DNA of 64,000 nt from Chthoniobacterales bacterium (GTDB lineage: Bacteria; Verrucomicrobiota; Verrucomicrobiia; Chthoniobacterales; JACTMZ01), in assembly GCA_018883245.1 (NCBI GenBank), contig VEQL01000010.1:9514-73513 (forward strand), read 5' to 3'. The notes below the pieces were generated by a model. That model did not search any database. It was not told the origin of the DNA and worked only from the letters and a program-made list of their open reading frames with translations. Shown piece by piece: positions 27,529 to 37,763 of this stretch (within the stretch, counting starts at the first letter, position 1; each line of letters opens with the position of its first letter). The position numbers were made by a program, and so were the translations under genes.

Positions 27529-28515
27529 ATGAATTTCAAACCCTCACTTATGGCCAGACACCCGACCCAATACGTGGCCATCATGCTCGCGGGCTTGTTG
27601 CTCGCGCCGCTGGCCGTCACCACCGCATCCGCCCAGTCGCAGGTTCCGGTGCAAATGTCGGCTACCGATGCCGATGTGGCGCGGCGGGACATGATGGGAA
27701 CCATCACCCGGCAACTATTCGCCCAAGACCCGGATTACGCACCGCCCAGCCCGGCGGACGCGGACCTCGGCGAACAAAGGCTGCTTGTTCCGAACGATCG
27801 CTACAAAGCGTTCACCCTCTTCTCCAACGTCTCGGAGTTTTACACGTCGAACGCCGGGCTGACAAACGGCGGCGCGCAATCCGACTGGTTCACCGCAATG
27901 CAATTCGGTGCCTCCTGGGTTCCGCGCATCACGGGCAATCTTTACGGTGAGGCCACCGCGCTGCAGCAACTTTACCGCTACGCGACCTACAACGGATACA
28001 GTTTCAACAGCCTCGACCTGGGAGCGGGGCTCATCTACTTGTTCCGTGAGTTGCAGGACCTCAGCGCTTTCGCGCGCTACAACTACAACCTCCTGACCGA
28101 CGCGGGATCCGACTCTTCCCTTTTCTACCAACAAACCATCCGCCTCGGTTTGAACAAGCCGTTCGTGTTCAGCCGTGCGCACATGGCCACGCTCGGACTG
28201 GCATCGGACATCAATCTCAACGGCTACCCGAGCTACGCGGTGCGCAACCGCTTTGCCGTGCTCGCCGGCTATCAGGTGAATCTGACGCGCCGTCTGCAAG
28301 CCAATCTCTTTTACCAATTGGCATATTTCCCTTTTCCCGAAATCAACAGGAATGACTGGAACCAGGTGCTCAGCTTCGGCCTCGCTTGGATTTTCTCCCC
28401 GCGTTTCAGCGTCGGTGCATCCGTTTCTTCGTCGTTCAACGACTCCAATGAGAACTTCTACGACTACAGCGTGCTCAACACGGGCGCGGGTATCTCGGCG
28501 AACTACAAATTTTGA
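27529..28515 (+). CDS. Outer-membrane beta-barrel protein
   Basis: Signal peptide, alternating aromatic beta-strands, C-terminal ISANYKF; start uncertain (27529 or 27550). Confidence 0.75.
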   Translation: MNFKPSLMARHPTQYVAIMLAGLLLAPLAVTTASAQSQVPVQMSATDADVARRDMMGTITRQLFAQDPDYAPPSPADADLGEQRLLVPNDRYKAFTLFSNVSEFYTSNAGLTNGGAQSDWFTAMQFGASWVPRITGNLYGEATALQQLYRYATYNGYSFNSLDLGAGLIYLFRELQDLSAFARYNYNLLTDAGSDSSLFYQQTIRLGLNKPFVFSRAHMATLGLASDINLNGYPSYAVRNRFAVLAGYQVNLTRRLQANLFYQLAYFPFPEINRNDWNQVLSFGLAWIFSPRFSVGASVSSSFNDSNENFYDYSVLNTGAGISANYKF

Positions 28516-28520
28516 CGGCC

Positions 28521-29387
28521 ATGAAAAATTCCATCCGATTCATCGCATGCGCGTCACTTTTCCTCGCTGCCTCCGCGTTTGCCGCGGGACTGGAGCAGGC
28601 CAAGGTCAGCAAGATTGTCAACCAAGTTGAAGTGATCCCGGCCGGCGACCAACCGGAGCCCGCCGAACTCGGCGAAGTGATCAGCGGCCACACCGGCGTC
28701 CGCACCGGCGGCAACTCACGCGCTCAACTTACTTTCTCCGACAACACCTTGGCACGGCTCGGGGCCAACACCCTTTTCAGCTTCCAGCGCGGCACCCGCA
28801 GCTTGGATCTGGAAAATGGAACCATCCTCCTGCAGGTGCCGAAAGATGCCGGCGGAGCAACAATTCACAGTGCGCCGGTCACGGCCGCGATCACCGGCAC
28901 GACGCTCATGATGGAATACAGCCCGGGAAACCCCGGAACCGTGAAGTTGATCGTGCTCGAAGGCACGGTCCGACTTTCGCTCAAGGGAAAATTGGGCGAA
29001 TCCGTCCTGCTCAATCCCGGCGAAATGATCACCGTTGCCGCGAACGCCAAGAGTCTGCCGAATCCTGTGCCGGTGGACGTCAAACGCATTCTCCGCACGT
29101 CGCGCCTGGTCAAGGAAGGCGAACTCGAGTCGATGGGACTGATCATGGAAACCGTCGACAACCAGCAGCAGATGATCGCCGACAAGCGCTTGTCCGACGG
29201 TGGCCCGGTCACTCCGGAGAACCTGCTCAACAATCCGGCGCTGATTGCCAACGACGCGCTGAACAATCAGAACTTCCGACGCGATACCGTGCCACTGCCA
29301 ACGCCGGCTCTAGTGGCAACTCCTCCGCCATACATTTATCATGGAGGTGGCTCAAGCACCAATGGTGGGACCATCTACAATTATTAA
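28521..29387 (+). CDS. Secreted FecR-domain protein
   Basis: Signal peptide; VRTGGNSRAQLTFSDNTLARLGANT..AAITGT..VLEGTV. Confidence 0.88.
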   Translation: MKNSIRFIACASLFLAASAFAAGLEQAKVSKIVNQVEVIPAGDQPEPAELGEVISGHTGVRTGGNSRAQLTFSDNTLARLGANTLFSFQRGTRSLDLENGTILLQVPKDAGGATIHSAPVTAAITGTTLMMEYSPGNPGTVKLIVLEGTVRLSLKGKLGESVLLNPGEMITVAANAKSLPNPVPVDVKRILRTSRLVKEGELESMGLIMETVDNQQQMIADKRLSDGGPVTPENLLNNPALIANDALNNQNFRRDTVPLPTPALVATPPPYIYHGGGSSTNGGTIYNY

Positions 29388-29398
29388 GATTCGACCGA

Positions 29399-30610
29399 AT
29401 GATTAGTAAGGGCCACGAATCATCGGACCTATCTCGCACCTGCGCTTCACTGGATGGTCGTGAAGCCGCCCAGCTGATTGCAAAAGCGCGGCCTCTTGAA
29501 GCATCAAAGGCCCTCCAATCTCTCATCCCGAACGTCGCCCAAGACATTTTGAGTCACCTCCCGCCGGACAAACTCGGCGCCATCCTTGCGGTGACGCCGG
29601 AGGACATCGCGCGCACATGGAAACTGGAGGCCCGTTATCCGCAGGATTCAGTTGGCGCGCTGATGGAGCCGCCGGCGGCGGTCTTTCGCGCGGATGACAC
29701 CGTGGGCTCGACCATCGAAAAGCTGCGCGAGATCACAAAAGAAAAGTTCATCACTTACTGCTTTGTCACGGACGACAAAGACAAGCTCAGCGGCGTTATA
29801 ACCATGCGTGATCTACTGTTGAATCCGCACGACCGAAGGCTCGGAGACTTGATGCTGCGCGAAGTATTCAGCCTGAATCCCCATACCTCGCTGCTTGATG
29901 CGATGAAGTCAACGATCAGCCGCCACTACCCTGTCTATCCGGTGTGCGATACTTCCGGACGTCTGGTCGGGCTGGTCCGTGGTCAAGCGCTCGCCGAGGC
30001 GCAGGCTTTCGAACTCACGGCGCAAGCGGGCGCGATGGTCGGCGTGGAAAAAGAGGAACGGCTCGCCACACCTTGGCTGCGCAGCTTTTTGTTCCGCCAT
30101 CCGTGGCTGCAACTCAACCTGCTCACGGCCTTCATCGCCGCGGCGGTGGTCGGCCTCTTCGAAAATACGTTGGACAAGATCGTGCTGCTTGCGGTTTTTC
30201 TTCCCGTGCTTGCGGGACAGTCGGGCAACACCGGTTGCCAGTCTTTGGCGGTCGCTCTGCGCGCCATGACTCTCGGCGAAATGAAAGAGGGCAAGGAGTG
30301 GGCGGCCCTGACGAAGGAAGCCCTGCTTGGATTGGCCAACGGCGCGCTGGTCGGCCTGACCGCCGGCGCGGGAATGGTGATCTACGCCAAGATGCAAGGC
30401 AACGCACAGGCATGGCAACTGGGCGGGATCGTTTTTCTCGCGATGATCGGCGCCTGCATCGTCAGCGGCGCGTGTGGCGTTCTTGTTCCCTCCACCCTTC
30501 GCCGTCTCGGCGCCGACCCCGCCACGGCCTCGAGCATCTTTCTCACCACCGCCACCGACGTAGTCAGCATGGGCCTCTTCCTTGGCTTGGCCACTTGGTT
30601 GATTCTTTAG
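29399..30610 (+). CDS. mgtE: Magnesium transporter MgtE
   Basis: YPQDSVGALM, CBS pair, R.PWL..NL, GQSGNTGCQS, GADPATAS..TTATD. Confidence 0.9.
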   Translation: MISKGHESSDLSRTCASLDGREAAQLIAKARPLEASKALQSLIPNVAQDILSHLPPDKLGAILAVTPEDIARTWKLEARYPQDSVGALMEPPAAVFRADDTVGSTIEKLREITKEKFITYCFVTDDKDKLSGVITMRDLLLNPHDRRLGDLMLREVFSLNPHTSLLDAMKSTISRHYPVYPVCDTSGRLVGLVRGQALAEAQAFELTAQAGAMVGVEKEERLATPWLRSFLFRHPWLQLNLLTAFIAAAVVGLFENTLDKIVLLAVFLPVLAGQSGNTGCQSLAVALRAMTLGEMKEGKEWAALTKEALLGLANGALVGLTAGAGMVIYAKMQGNAQAWQLGGIVFLAMIGACIVSGACGVLVPSTLRRLGADPATASSIFLTTATDVVSMGLFLGLATWLIL

Positions 30611-30634
30611 GCGAGCGGGGCGAGGATACGGCCC

Positions 30635-32368
30635 GTGGAACCCCAAGCCTCCCTGAAAGAGTCGCACGCCGCGCTCCTGCGGGAGGTTTTGCACGAAGAG
30701 CTGGGAGGCCTCGAGCCGGGCGTCTGGGAAAAGCTTCTCCCGGCAATCCGTTGGAAAGAGCTGGCCGCGGGTGAAACGCTCTTCCGCGAAGGCGACAGTG
30801 CCGACGCGATGTATGTCGTCGTCAGCGGCCGCTTGCGCGCCATGCGCGAGGACGAAGGAAAGCCGGTGTTCATAGGCGACATCGGCCGCGGGGAGACCGT
30901 GGGTGAGATGGCGTTGCTCACCGGCGCCCCTCGCTCCGCCACGGTGGAGGCGATGCGCGACTGCGTGCTCGCCGGCTTGGACCAAGCGACATTCAACGAA
31001 CTCGCCCGCATGTGCCCGCAGACGGTTTTCCACGTGGCCAAGGTGCAATTCGACCGCATCCAACGCGCCAACCGTCCGCGCTCGCTGGAAAAGCAGAGGC
31101 TCTCAGTCATGGTCCTTTCCGCGGATCCCTCCTGCGATGCCCGTGGATTCGCGTCGAAATTGACCGGCGAAATCCGTGCACGCGGCCATAACGCAGTCCT
31201 TGCAACCAAGGACGAAGCCCCGTCGGGAGCCGGGACTCCCGTCGACCGGCGTCACCGCCTGGCCATTTGGCTCAACGAGAAGGAGGCCTTCGCCACGCAT
31301 CTTGCGATGGCGGGCGACCCCGCGGACGATCTTTGGAATAGACAGTGCGCGCGGAGCGCAGATGCCGTCCTTGTGCTGGTCCGCCCCGGATGCGAACCAC
31401 GGCTCCCCGATGACCTTATTCCCGAAATCTCGCGGCGCATTCTCGTTGTCCTCCATCCCGACGGACGCAACCGGCCCTCCGGAACGGCAAAAGCTTTGCG
31501 CGCTTGCAAATCGACGAGTTGCTTCCACCTGCGCGAAGACTCGCGGGAGGATTGGCAGCGTCTGGGTCGCTGGCTCACGGGGCGCGCGGTCGGTATTGCC
31601 TTCGCCGGCGGCGGGGCGCGGTCATTCGCCCATTTGGGAGTCATCCGCGCGCTCCGGGAGCATGGCATTCCCCTCGACACCGCGGCTGGAACAAGCCTGG
31701 GCGCCATCGTGGCATCGGGTGTCTCGCTTGACCTGCCTTTGGACGATCTGATGGCGCGGTTCTCAGTGATGGTGAAAACCAACCCGACAAAACGCGATTA
31801 CCTTCTTGTGCCGCGCAGTTCGCTGCTTTCCGGCCGAAAACTCGACAGACTGCTCCCCCAGCTGCTTCCCGATGTCGAAATCGAAGACTGCTGGAAAGGC
31901 TTTGCTTGCGTATCGGCGAATATCACAAATCCCGGAGCGCATGTGCACCGCAGCGGCTCGCTGCTGAAGGCGCTGCGCTCTACCGTTTCGATACCCGGCG
32001 TCTTTCCTCCGGTCAAAGTCGGAGACGGCGAGCTTTTGGTCGATGGCGGCGTGGTGAACAATTTGCCGGCGGACATCCTGCGTGAGCACGGCGCGGGGCG
32101 AATCATCGCATGCGACCAAGGTGGGTCCGGAACGCGCGCACCCGGCGCCCCGGACAACCCCAATGCCATCGGCATCATCATGCGCTCGGTGATCCTGCAC
32201 AGCCGCATCAGCGGACGCGCTTGGCGCAGGGAGGCCGACCTTTATATCGAATCGCCAGTCGGCGACATCGGCTTGCTCGAGTGGGACCGCTTCGAGTCGG
32301 CGTTGCAGCGAGGATACGACCAGGCGCGGCGCGATCTGGAAAACGTCGATCCGGTTTTGTGGCAATGA
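30635..32368 (+). CDS. cNMP-binding patatin-like phospholipase (NTE-like)
   Basis: cNMP domain (LFREGD..VGEMALLTGAPRSATV); patatin motifs GGGAR, GTSLG, DGG. Confidence 0.92.
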   Translation: MEPQASLKESHAALLREVLHEELGGLEPGVWEKLLPAIRWKELAAGETLFREGDSADAMYVVVSGRLRAMREDEGKPVFIGDIGRGETVGEMALLTGAPRSATVEAMRDCVLAGLDQATFNELARMCPQTVFHVAKVQFDRIQRANRPRSLEKQRLSVMVLSADPSCDARGFASKLTGEIRARGHNAVLATKDEAPSGAGTPVDRRHRLAIWLNEKEAFATHLAMAGDPADDLWNRQCARSADAVLVLVRPGCEPRLPDDLIPEISRRILVVLHPDGRNRPSGTAKALRACKSTSCFHLREDSREDWQRLGRWLTGRAVGIAFAGGGARSFAHLGVIRALREHGIPLDTAAGTSLGAIVASGVSLDLPLDDLMARFSVMVKTNPTKRDYLLVPRSSLLSGRKLDRLLPQLLPDVEIEDCWKGFACVSANITNPGAHVHRSGSLLKALRSTVSIPGVFPPVKVGDGELLVDGGVVNNLPADILREHGAGRIIACDQGGSGTRAPGAPDNPNAIGIIMRSVILHSRISGRAWRREADLYIESPVGDIGLLEWDRFESALQRGYDQARRDLENVDPVLWQ

Positions 32369-32934
32369 CAAAGACCGCAGTATTCGCGGCCGTCGCCACA
32401 GCCGTCCTTCTTGCGGGCCAAATCTTTGCGGCCGGCTTTCCCTCGGCCGCGGAGGTCGGGGGCCAACATCTGGTCCTCAACGGCACCGCGACACGAACAG
32501 TTTGGGGATTCAAGGTCTATGAAGTAGGACTGTTCCTCGACCAACCATGCAGCGACGCGCAGGCCATCATGGCCACCAACCGTGCACCCAAGCGAATCCG
32601 CATGGAGATGCTTCGCCCGGTGGAGAAAGAAAAATTTCTATCCACGGTTCAAGAGAGCATCGACCGCAACGTCGATGCCGCGGAGAAGCAAAAGTTCGCC
32701 CCCGAACTTGAATCTTTCCTCGGCTACCTTCGAAGCGGAGAAGACCTTTCCAAAGGTCGCGTTATCACGGTGGACTTTGTTCCCGGCGAAGGAATGGTTC
32801 TCGGACTCGACGACCAGCGCCTCGGAGCGATTCCGGGTGAGGATTTCTACCACGTGATCCTGCGTCTGTGGATTGGAAGACCTCTTCAGGAATCGATCCG
32901 GGAAGGGTTGCTCGGCCACGGCGCGGAAAGTTGA
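32365..32934 (+). CDS. Secreted chalcone-isomerase-fold protein
   Basis: Signal peptide; LVLNGTATR..FKVYEVGLFL..IPGEDFY..LWIG; ATGA overlap with the patatin gene. Confidence 0.82.
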   Translation: MTKTAVFAAVATAVLLAGQIFAAGFPSAAEVGGQHLVLNGTATRTVWGFKVYEVGLFLDQPCSDAQAIMATNRAPKRIRMEMLRPVEKEKFLSTVQESIDRNVDAAEKQKFAPELESFLGYLRSGEDLSKGRVITVDFVPGEGMVLGLDDQRLGAIPGEDFYHVILRLWIGRPLQESIREGLLGHGAES

Positions 32935-33021
32935 GGACATTCGCTGCGTGCCGCTGGAACTCGTGCATAGCACACTTCCATTGACACATCGGGGCAGTGC
33001 ACAGATGATTTTGCGGTCATC

Positions 33022-34665
33022 ATGACACGTTGGCTCACGGCGGTATTTTCAATAGGCGCCGCTTTGCTGGTGACGGGTTGCGCCGAATACTCCAAGGCAA
33101 GCCGGAAGAAGCCTTCCGACTTGGCTGTGACAAGGGAGCAAAGGACTCTTGCTCTTGCCCAAGAGAAGCATTCCACCCGGCCCATGGACCAAATCGGGGC
33201 TTATCTCGACGCAGCCGACGAAGCACGGCGCAAGCTGTCGAAGGATCCGCACAACACGCTCTGGCAAAGCGACTACAACTTCGCCGTGGCGCGGATTATG
33301 GAGATCATCGCCGCGCAGCGTTACGCACCGTGGGACCGCGCGCTTGAAGCGCCATCGGCTGACGGGACGCCCTGGAGACTGCGCCTCATTCCACCCTTCA
33401 AGCAGGCCCGGTATCATCCGTCCCGCTTCGAATTCGCGCCCGCGGACCGCTACGAACTTCACGGCGAGCTTGTCGGAGAGCGTGTCCGCAAAAGCGGACT
33501 CGGTGCTCCGATCGTGGTCATCGGCGACGACCTCGACTACCGCAAGCTCGATCCCTTCGCACAAGGCAAGAATGTTTACTATGGGCTCACCGCTGTCATC
33601 CGTTTCCGCGGCCGCGACTGCGAGATCGTCCTCATTGATCCCTTGGACAAAGAAACAGTCGAACTCGACCGGGCCAGCTACCCGCTTGCCGGGGACTACC
33701 AAGCGCCGCTTGTCATGGCACTTGCCGAACTGCAGGAAAAGGAGTTGATGGGGCTCTTCAAGCCGCAGGAGCAAGAGCGGGGCGCGCGTTTGGCGAAGCT
33801 GCAGCCATTCAACCCGCAAAAAATTCCGATCATCTGCGTGCATGGTCTGGGCAATTCGCCGGCGACATGGGCTCCGCTTATCGAGTTTCTGCGTGGTGAC
33901 GAGGAGATCCGCAAGAATTACCAGTTCTGGTTCTTCAGCTACCCGTCCGGCCTTCCCTACCCGCTCTCGGCCGCAATCCTGCGAAACCAATGGCAGCTTG
34001 CACGCCGGCAATTTCCCGGACTCAAGGACGCTGTTGTCATCGGCCACAGCATGGGAGGGATGATCAGCCGCCTCCTCATCACGGACAGCGGCATGACACT
34101 GTGGGACGCCTATTTCGATCATCCACCGGAGCAGTCGCAGTTCTCCGGCGAGACGCGTGAGCTTATCACACGCTCGCTGATCTTCAAATCCACCCCCGGC
34201 GTTTCCCGCGTCATTTTCGTATCGGCGTCCCACCGCGGCAGCGAACGCGCCAGCAGTTTCCTCGGCCGCCTCGGTGCACTCGTGGTGGGCAGCCCGATCA
34301 CCGCGGAAAACGTCTTCCGCGAAGCCATTCAAGCCGCGAAGAACGCCGCCCGTTTGCGCAACCGCAACCGCCTTCCCAACAGCATCGATCTGCTCGACCC
34401 CGACAGCTTGGTCGTCAAAGCGGTTGATTCGCTGCCGACCACGCCCGGGGTTCCCTACCACTCGATCATCGGCGACCGAGGCAAGGGAGGATACCTCGAT
34501 CGCACGAAACCGGAGAGCACAGACGGCTTCGTGCCGTATTGGAGCAGCCACATGGAGGGGGCGGAAAGCGAGCGCATCATTCCCAGCGCGCACTGGAGCC
34601 ACCTGCATCCGCTCGGGATGGCCGAGATCAAGCGCATCCTCCTCAAAAACCTGCACCGCGACTGA
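33022..34665 (+). CDS. Alpha/beta hydrolase lipoprotein (lipase/esterase-like)
   Basis: Lipobox VTGC; VHGL, GHSMGG nucleophile elbow, DGFVPYWSSH. Confidence 0.88.
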   Translation: MTRWLTAVFSIGAALLVTGCAEYSKASRKKPSDLAVTREQRTLALAQEKHSTRPMDQIGAYLDAADEARRKLSKDPHNTLWQSDYNFAVARIMEIIAAQRYAPWDRALEAPSADGTPWRLRLIPPFKQARYHPSRFEFAPADRYELHGELVGERVRKSGLGAPIVVIGDDLDYRKLDPFAQGKNVYYGLTAVIRFRGRDCEIVLIDPLDKETVELDRASYPLAGDYQAPLVMALAELQEKELMGLFKPQEQERGARLAKLQPFNPQKIPIICVHGLGNSPATWAPLIEFLRGDEEIRKNYQFWFFSYPSGLPYPLSAAILRNQWQLARRQFPGLKDAVVIGHSMGGMISRLLITDSGMTLWDAYFDHPPEQSQFSGETRELITRSLIFKSTPGVSRVIFVSASHRGSERASSFLGRLGALVVGSPITAENVFREAIQAAKNAARLRNRNRLPNSIDLLDPDSLVVKAVDSLPTTPGVPYHSIIGDRGKGGYLDRTKPESTDGFVPYWSSHMEGAESERIIPSAHWSHLHPLGMAEIKRILLKNLHRD

Positions 34666-34706
34666 AAAAGCTCGCCAGGCGCGCGCACCTCCCCGAATAA
34701 ACCGCG

Positions 34707-35852
34707 ATGGCGACGAACAAAATAACTTCGCGGCCGTTTGCCACAGGGCCGCTGTCACCGATGGATGCGGTTGTCGCCCTTTACGGCGAAGGGCAGGATG
34801 AAACCGCGCGCGCGATCGTCGCCGCCCTCAACCGCAGGATTTTCGAAGGAGCACCACCACGGCCTTCGAACCTGCTGCGACGCGCACTCGGGCGGTTCGC
34901 CTTCCGGCTGATGAATCGCACCACGACATGCGAAACACGGACGGGACCGGACGGTCATCCCGTTGCCGTGTATCGCAATTCCATACTCGAGCGCTCCGGC
35001 CATCCCTACGCGAGCACGCTTCTCGAACCCTCGCGTGCAGACACTGCTTCATTTGTGGAAGGTGCCGCGCCGATGAATGCGGTTTACATGATGCTCATTC
35101 CGGAAATCTACAAAAACGCGGGCACATGGGACCACATCATGCTCGACGCCGTGCAATCGCGCGACGTCCAGTGGCGCCTCGTTTGGGAAACGCGCATGAC
35201 GCATGATCTCGCCTCGCGGCGCCTGCGGGCCGGACAAGCCGTCCGTCTCAAGGCGGCGGCCGCCGGCACCGGCCTGAGCATGATCCTTGTCACCGAACGA
35301 CTCTTGCAGGAGGGCTACGACCCGCGCCTGATTTCCGTCTCCATCACCGACCGGGAGCCCGGGAATATCGAAAAGGCGCTGCGCCTCATCAACAAGCTGC
35401 CGGCGGCAGGCGGCCACCTGGCTCTTCATACAGGATCACCCCACGGTATCGTTTTGCATATAGAAGACCTGCTGCACGCATCGAGCAAAACCGCGCACGA
35501 TGCGCGATTCGACGTGGTGACCGCGATGGGCATCCTCGAGTATTTCCCCGGATTCACTCTCACTACTACGGAGGAGCACCTCGGATTGGAACCGCCCGAT
35601 GGCGGTCCGCAGGCCGTCGATGTCGTGGCTGCGTTGTCCGCCATGACCGCGGCTGGCGGCTTCCTCATCACCAACTCCTTCCGCACGTGCAGCGCGATTC
35701 GCACCATGGAGGTCTTCGGGAAGCGCTTCCGTTACCGCGCCCGCGAACAGATGCAGGACCTTCTGGCCACCGGAGGCTTTGCACCGACGGGACGGGCCGA
35801 ATCGGGAAACATTTTCGACGTCGAAGTCTTCGAGAAGAAGAACGACGTTTAA
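34707..35852 (+). CDS. Putative class I SAM-dependent methyltransferase-like protein
   Basis: LKAAAAGTG (motif I-like), ITDRE, FDVVTAMGILEYF, GGFLIT. Confidence 0.6.
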   Translation: MATNKITSRPFATGPLSPMDAVVALYGEGQDETARAIVAALNRRIFEGAPPRPSNLLRRALGRFAFRLMNRTTTCETRTGPDGHPVAVYRNSILERSGHPYASTLLEPSRADTASFVEGAAPMNAVYMMLIPEIYKNAGTWDHIMLDAVQSRDVQWRLVWETRMTHDLASRRLRAGQAVRLKAAAAGTGLSMILVTERLLQEGYDPRLISVSITDREPGNIEKALRLINKLPAAGGHLALHTGSPHGIVLHIEDLLHASSKTAHDARFDVVTAMGILEYFPGFTLTTTEEHLGLEPPDGGPQAVDVVAALSAMTAAGGFLITNSFRTCSAIRTMEVFGKRFRYRAREQMQDLLATGGFAPTGRAESGNIFDVEVFEKKNDV

Positions 35853-36616
35853 GGAATCTCAAAGTCCGCAGGCGCGAAACGGACGTCATGCCTTAGATTC
35901 GAACCGTCGATCTCCGTCACCGATTCACCCGACGCGCGCCGCACGGTCATGGTCGCGGGAACATAACGGCCGACGTCGTCTTTCACGATCTGGCTCGAGT
36001 CGATACGCCTCAGGATTCGGCCCGATTTGTCCGATTTTTCCACACGAAGCGCCACCATCCGACGCGGATCGATCCAGCTTCTGACCTTGCCGTAAGGACT
36101 CGAGTCACCGGCGCCGGGCTTGGATTCAAGGATCACGCAGTCGGTGCCCCCGATTTGTTCGCGCCCGCAGAACGTCTGGTTCTTCCAGAGAAAAAAGTTT
36201 TCCACCGCGTCGGCGAAGGCGAGATCCGTGCCGAGAAGCGAACCCAAGAGCTGACCGGACGTGATGCTTTCGCGACGATCCGGCGGGATATAGCTAGCGC
36301 CCTTGGCCGGACCCGTGCCCCTTTGACTGATGACAAAACGCTCGCCTTTGCGCCCGGCCGGCCACTGCACCTCGTAGGCTACCGCGGACCCCTCGGCATC
36401 ACGGTGCGATTTGATCTGCACTTGGAGCACCGTCGCCTCCCCGCCGCGCGACGGTTGGACTGAGAAGCGGGCGCGGGCCGCAGAGTTCCCGTCCTGAACG
36501 GCGGAGGCCAGCTTCGCGGCGAGTTCCGGTGCGGTGAGAGATTCCGGTTCCTCCGCACAAACAACCGATGAAATCAAAGACACCAGGCAAATGACGGCGA
36601 GGAAAGGAAGCTTCAT
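35849..36616 (-). CDS. Outer-membrane lipoprotein-sorting (LolA-like) protein
   Basis: Signal peptide; LLGTDLAFAD, CVILESKP..SPYGKVRSWID. Confidence 0.8.
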   Translation of the reverse strand: MKLPFLAVICLVSLISSVVCAEEPESLTAPELAAKLASAVQDGNSAARARFSVQPSRGGEATVLQVQIKSHRDAEGSAVAYEVQWPAGRKGERFVISQRGTGPAKGASYIPPDRRESITSGQLLGSLLGTDLAFADAVENFFLWKNQTFCGREQIGGTDCVILESKPGAGDSSPYGKVRSWIDPRRMVALRVEKSDKSGRILRRIDSSQIVKDDVGRYVPATMTVRRASGESVTEIDGSNLRHDVRFAPADFEIP

Positions 36617-36647
36617 GAGCGCACTCAACGCCCGGGCTCCGCGCCGG

Positions 36648-37763
36648 TCAACCCTGAAGCGCGATGCTGGGCGAAAGGCGCGAGCTTCTCCAGGCCGGAT
36701 AGAGTCCACTCAAGATCCCAACCGCGACCGCGATAAGAACCGCGCGGATGGCCAGCGCCCACCCGAGATCCGGCTCCAGCAGACCGCGCACGCCCGGAAA
36801 CTGGACCAGCAGCGTGACAGTGAGCGCACCGAGCAAGACGCCAACGACGCCGCCGAGGAACCCCATGGCAGCCGATTCGCAGAGAATCAGCGACATGATG
36901 CGGGAGCGCCGCCACCCGAGGGCCAAGAGAATACCGATCTCGTGTTTGCGCTCGAACACGCTCATCAGCATCGTGTTCATCACGCCGAGAATCCCCACGG
37001 CCACGGCGAGCAGAGACGTGCTCCAACTCATGGCGCGTGCCACGCGGAAGCCCTGGCTTGTTCCAACCACGTCGCGGGCGCGGACCGCCCGGAGACCGGG
37101 ATTTTCCTTCTCGATTGCGGAGCAAAGGGCCGCAGTGTCATCGGGGCCGAGATCCGGAACCGTCCGGACATTCACGAAATTGACGCGCCCTTCGTAGCCC
37201 GAGACCTCCTGGAACAACGGCAGGGACATGACAATCGCGCCGTTTTCCACGACGGATCGGCCATCGACGATCCCGGCAATTTCGAACTCGCCGTTCTCGA
37301 TCTGAATCTTGTCGCCGGGCTTTTTGCGGAGCACCTCGGCGGCCAGCGTGCCGAGAACGACAGACCTCTCCGTGGCATCACCGGGAAGCCGTCCCCCGAC
37401 GAGACGGAACTGGTTCCATGTGAACCCGCCCCACTCACGTCCGGAAACCACCATCATCGGGGCGTCCTCGACGCTGAGCATCTGCATGAGCGTGCAGTTC
37501 GCATCGGCAACCCCGGACATTTTGCGGATCCGGCCGGCAACGGATTGGTCGAACGCTTTGGGCATGATCCCGCCCTGCATGTTGCTGACGATGATGTCGA
37601 TCCCGACAACCTCGAGTTGATCGACGACACTTTTCTCGTAACCCGAAGCCATGCCGACGAGAGCCACCACCGCCCCGATACCGACAGCGATACCCAGCAC
37701 GGTTAGACCGGTTCGCACGGGACGGCGCCAGAGACCGCGAAAAATGACGTGCAGAAAACTCAT
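36648..37763 (-). CDS. ABC transporter permease (MacB/FtsX/LolE-like)
   Basis: RRPVRTGLTVLGIAVG, NTMLMSVFERKHEIGILLALG, GLYPAWRSSRLSP. Confidence 0.92.
   Translation of the reverse strand: MSFLHVIFRGLWRRPVRTGLTVLGIAVGIGAVVALVGMASGYEKSVVDQLEVVGIDIIVSNMQGGIMPKAFDQSVAGRIRKMSGVADANCTLMQMLSVEDAPMMVVSGREWGGFTWNQFRLVGGRLPGDATERSVVLGTLAAEVLRKKPGDKIQIENGEFEIAGIVDGRSVVENGAIVMSLPLFQEVSGYEGRVNFVNVRTVPDLGPDDTAALCSAIEKENPGLRAVRARDVVGTSQGFRVARAMSWSTSLLAVAVGILGVMNTMLMSVFERKHEIGILLALGWRRSRIMSLILCESAAMGFLGGVVGVLLGALTVTLLVQFPGVRGLLEPDLGWALAIRAVLIAVAVGILSGLYPAWRSSRLSPSIALQG

Noticed and set aside
30635..32368. Patatin plus cyclase as a CBASS/Pycsar anti-phage system
   Set aside because: The cyclase is a CHASE2 membrane sensor about 3 kb away on the other strand, there is no CD-NTase, and the patatin is the widespread NTE-like type
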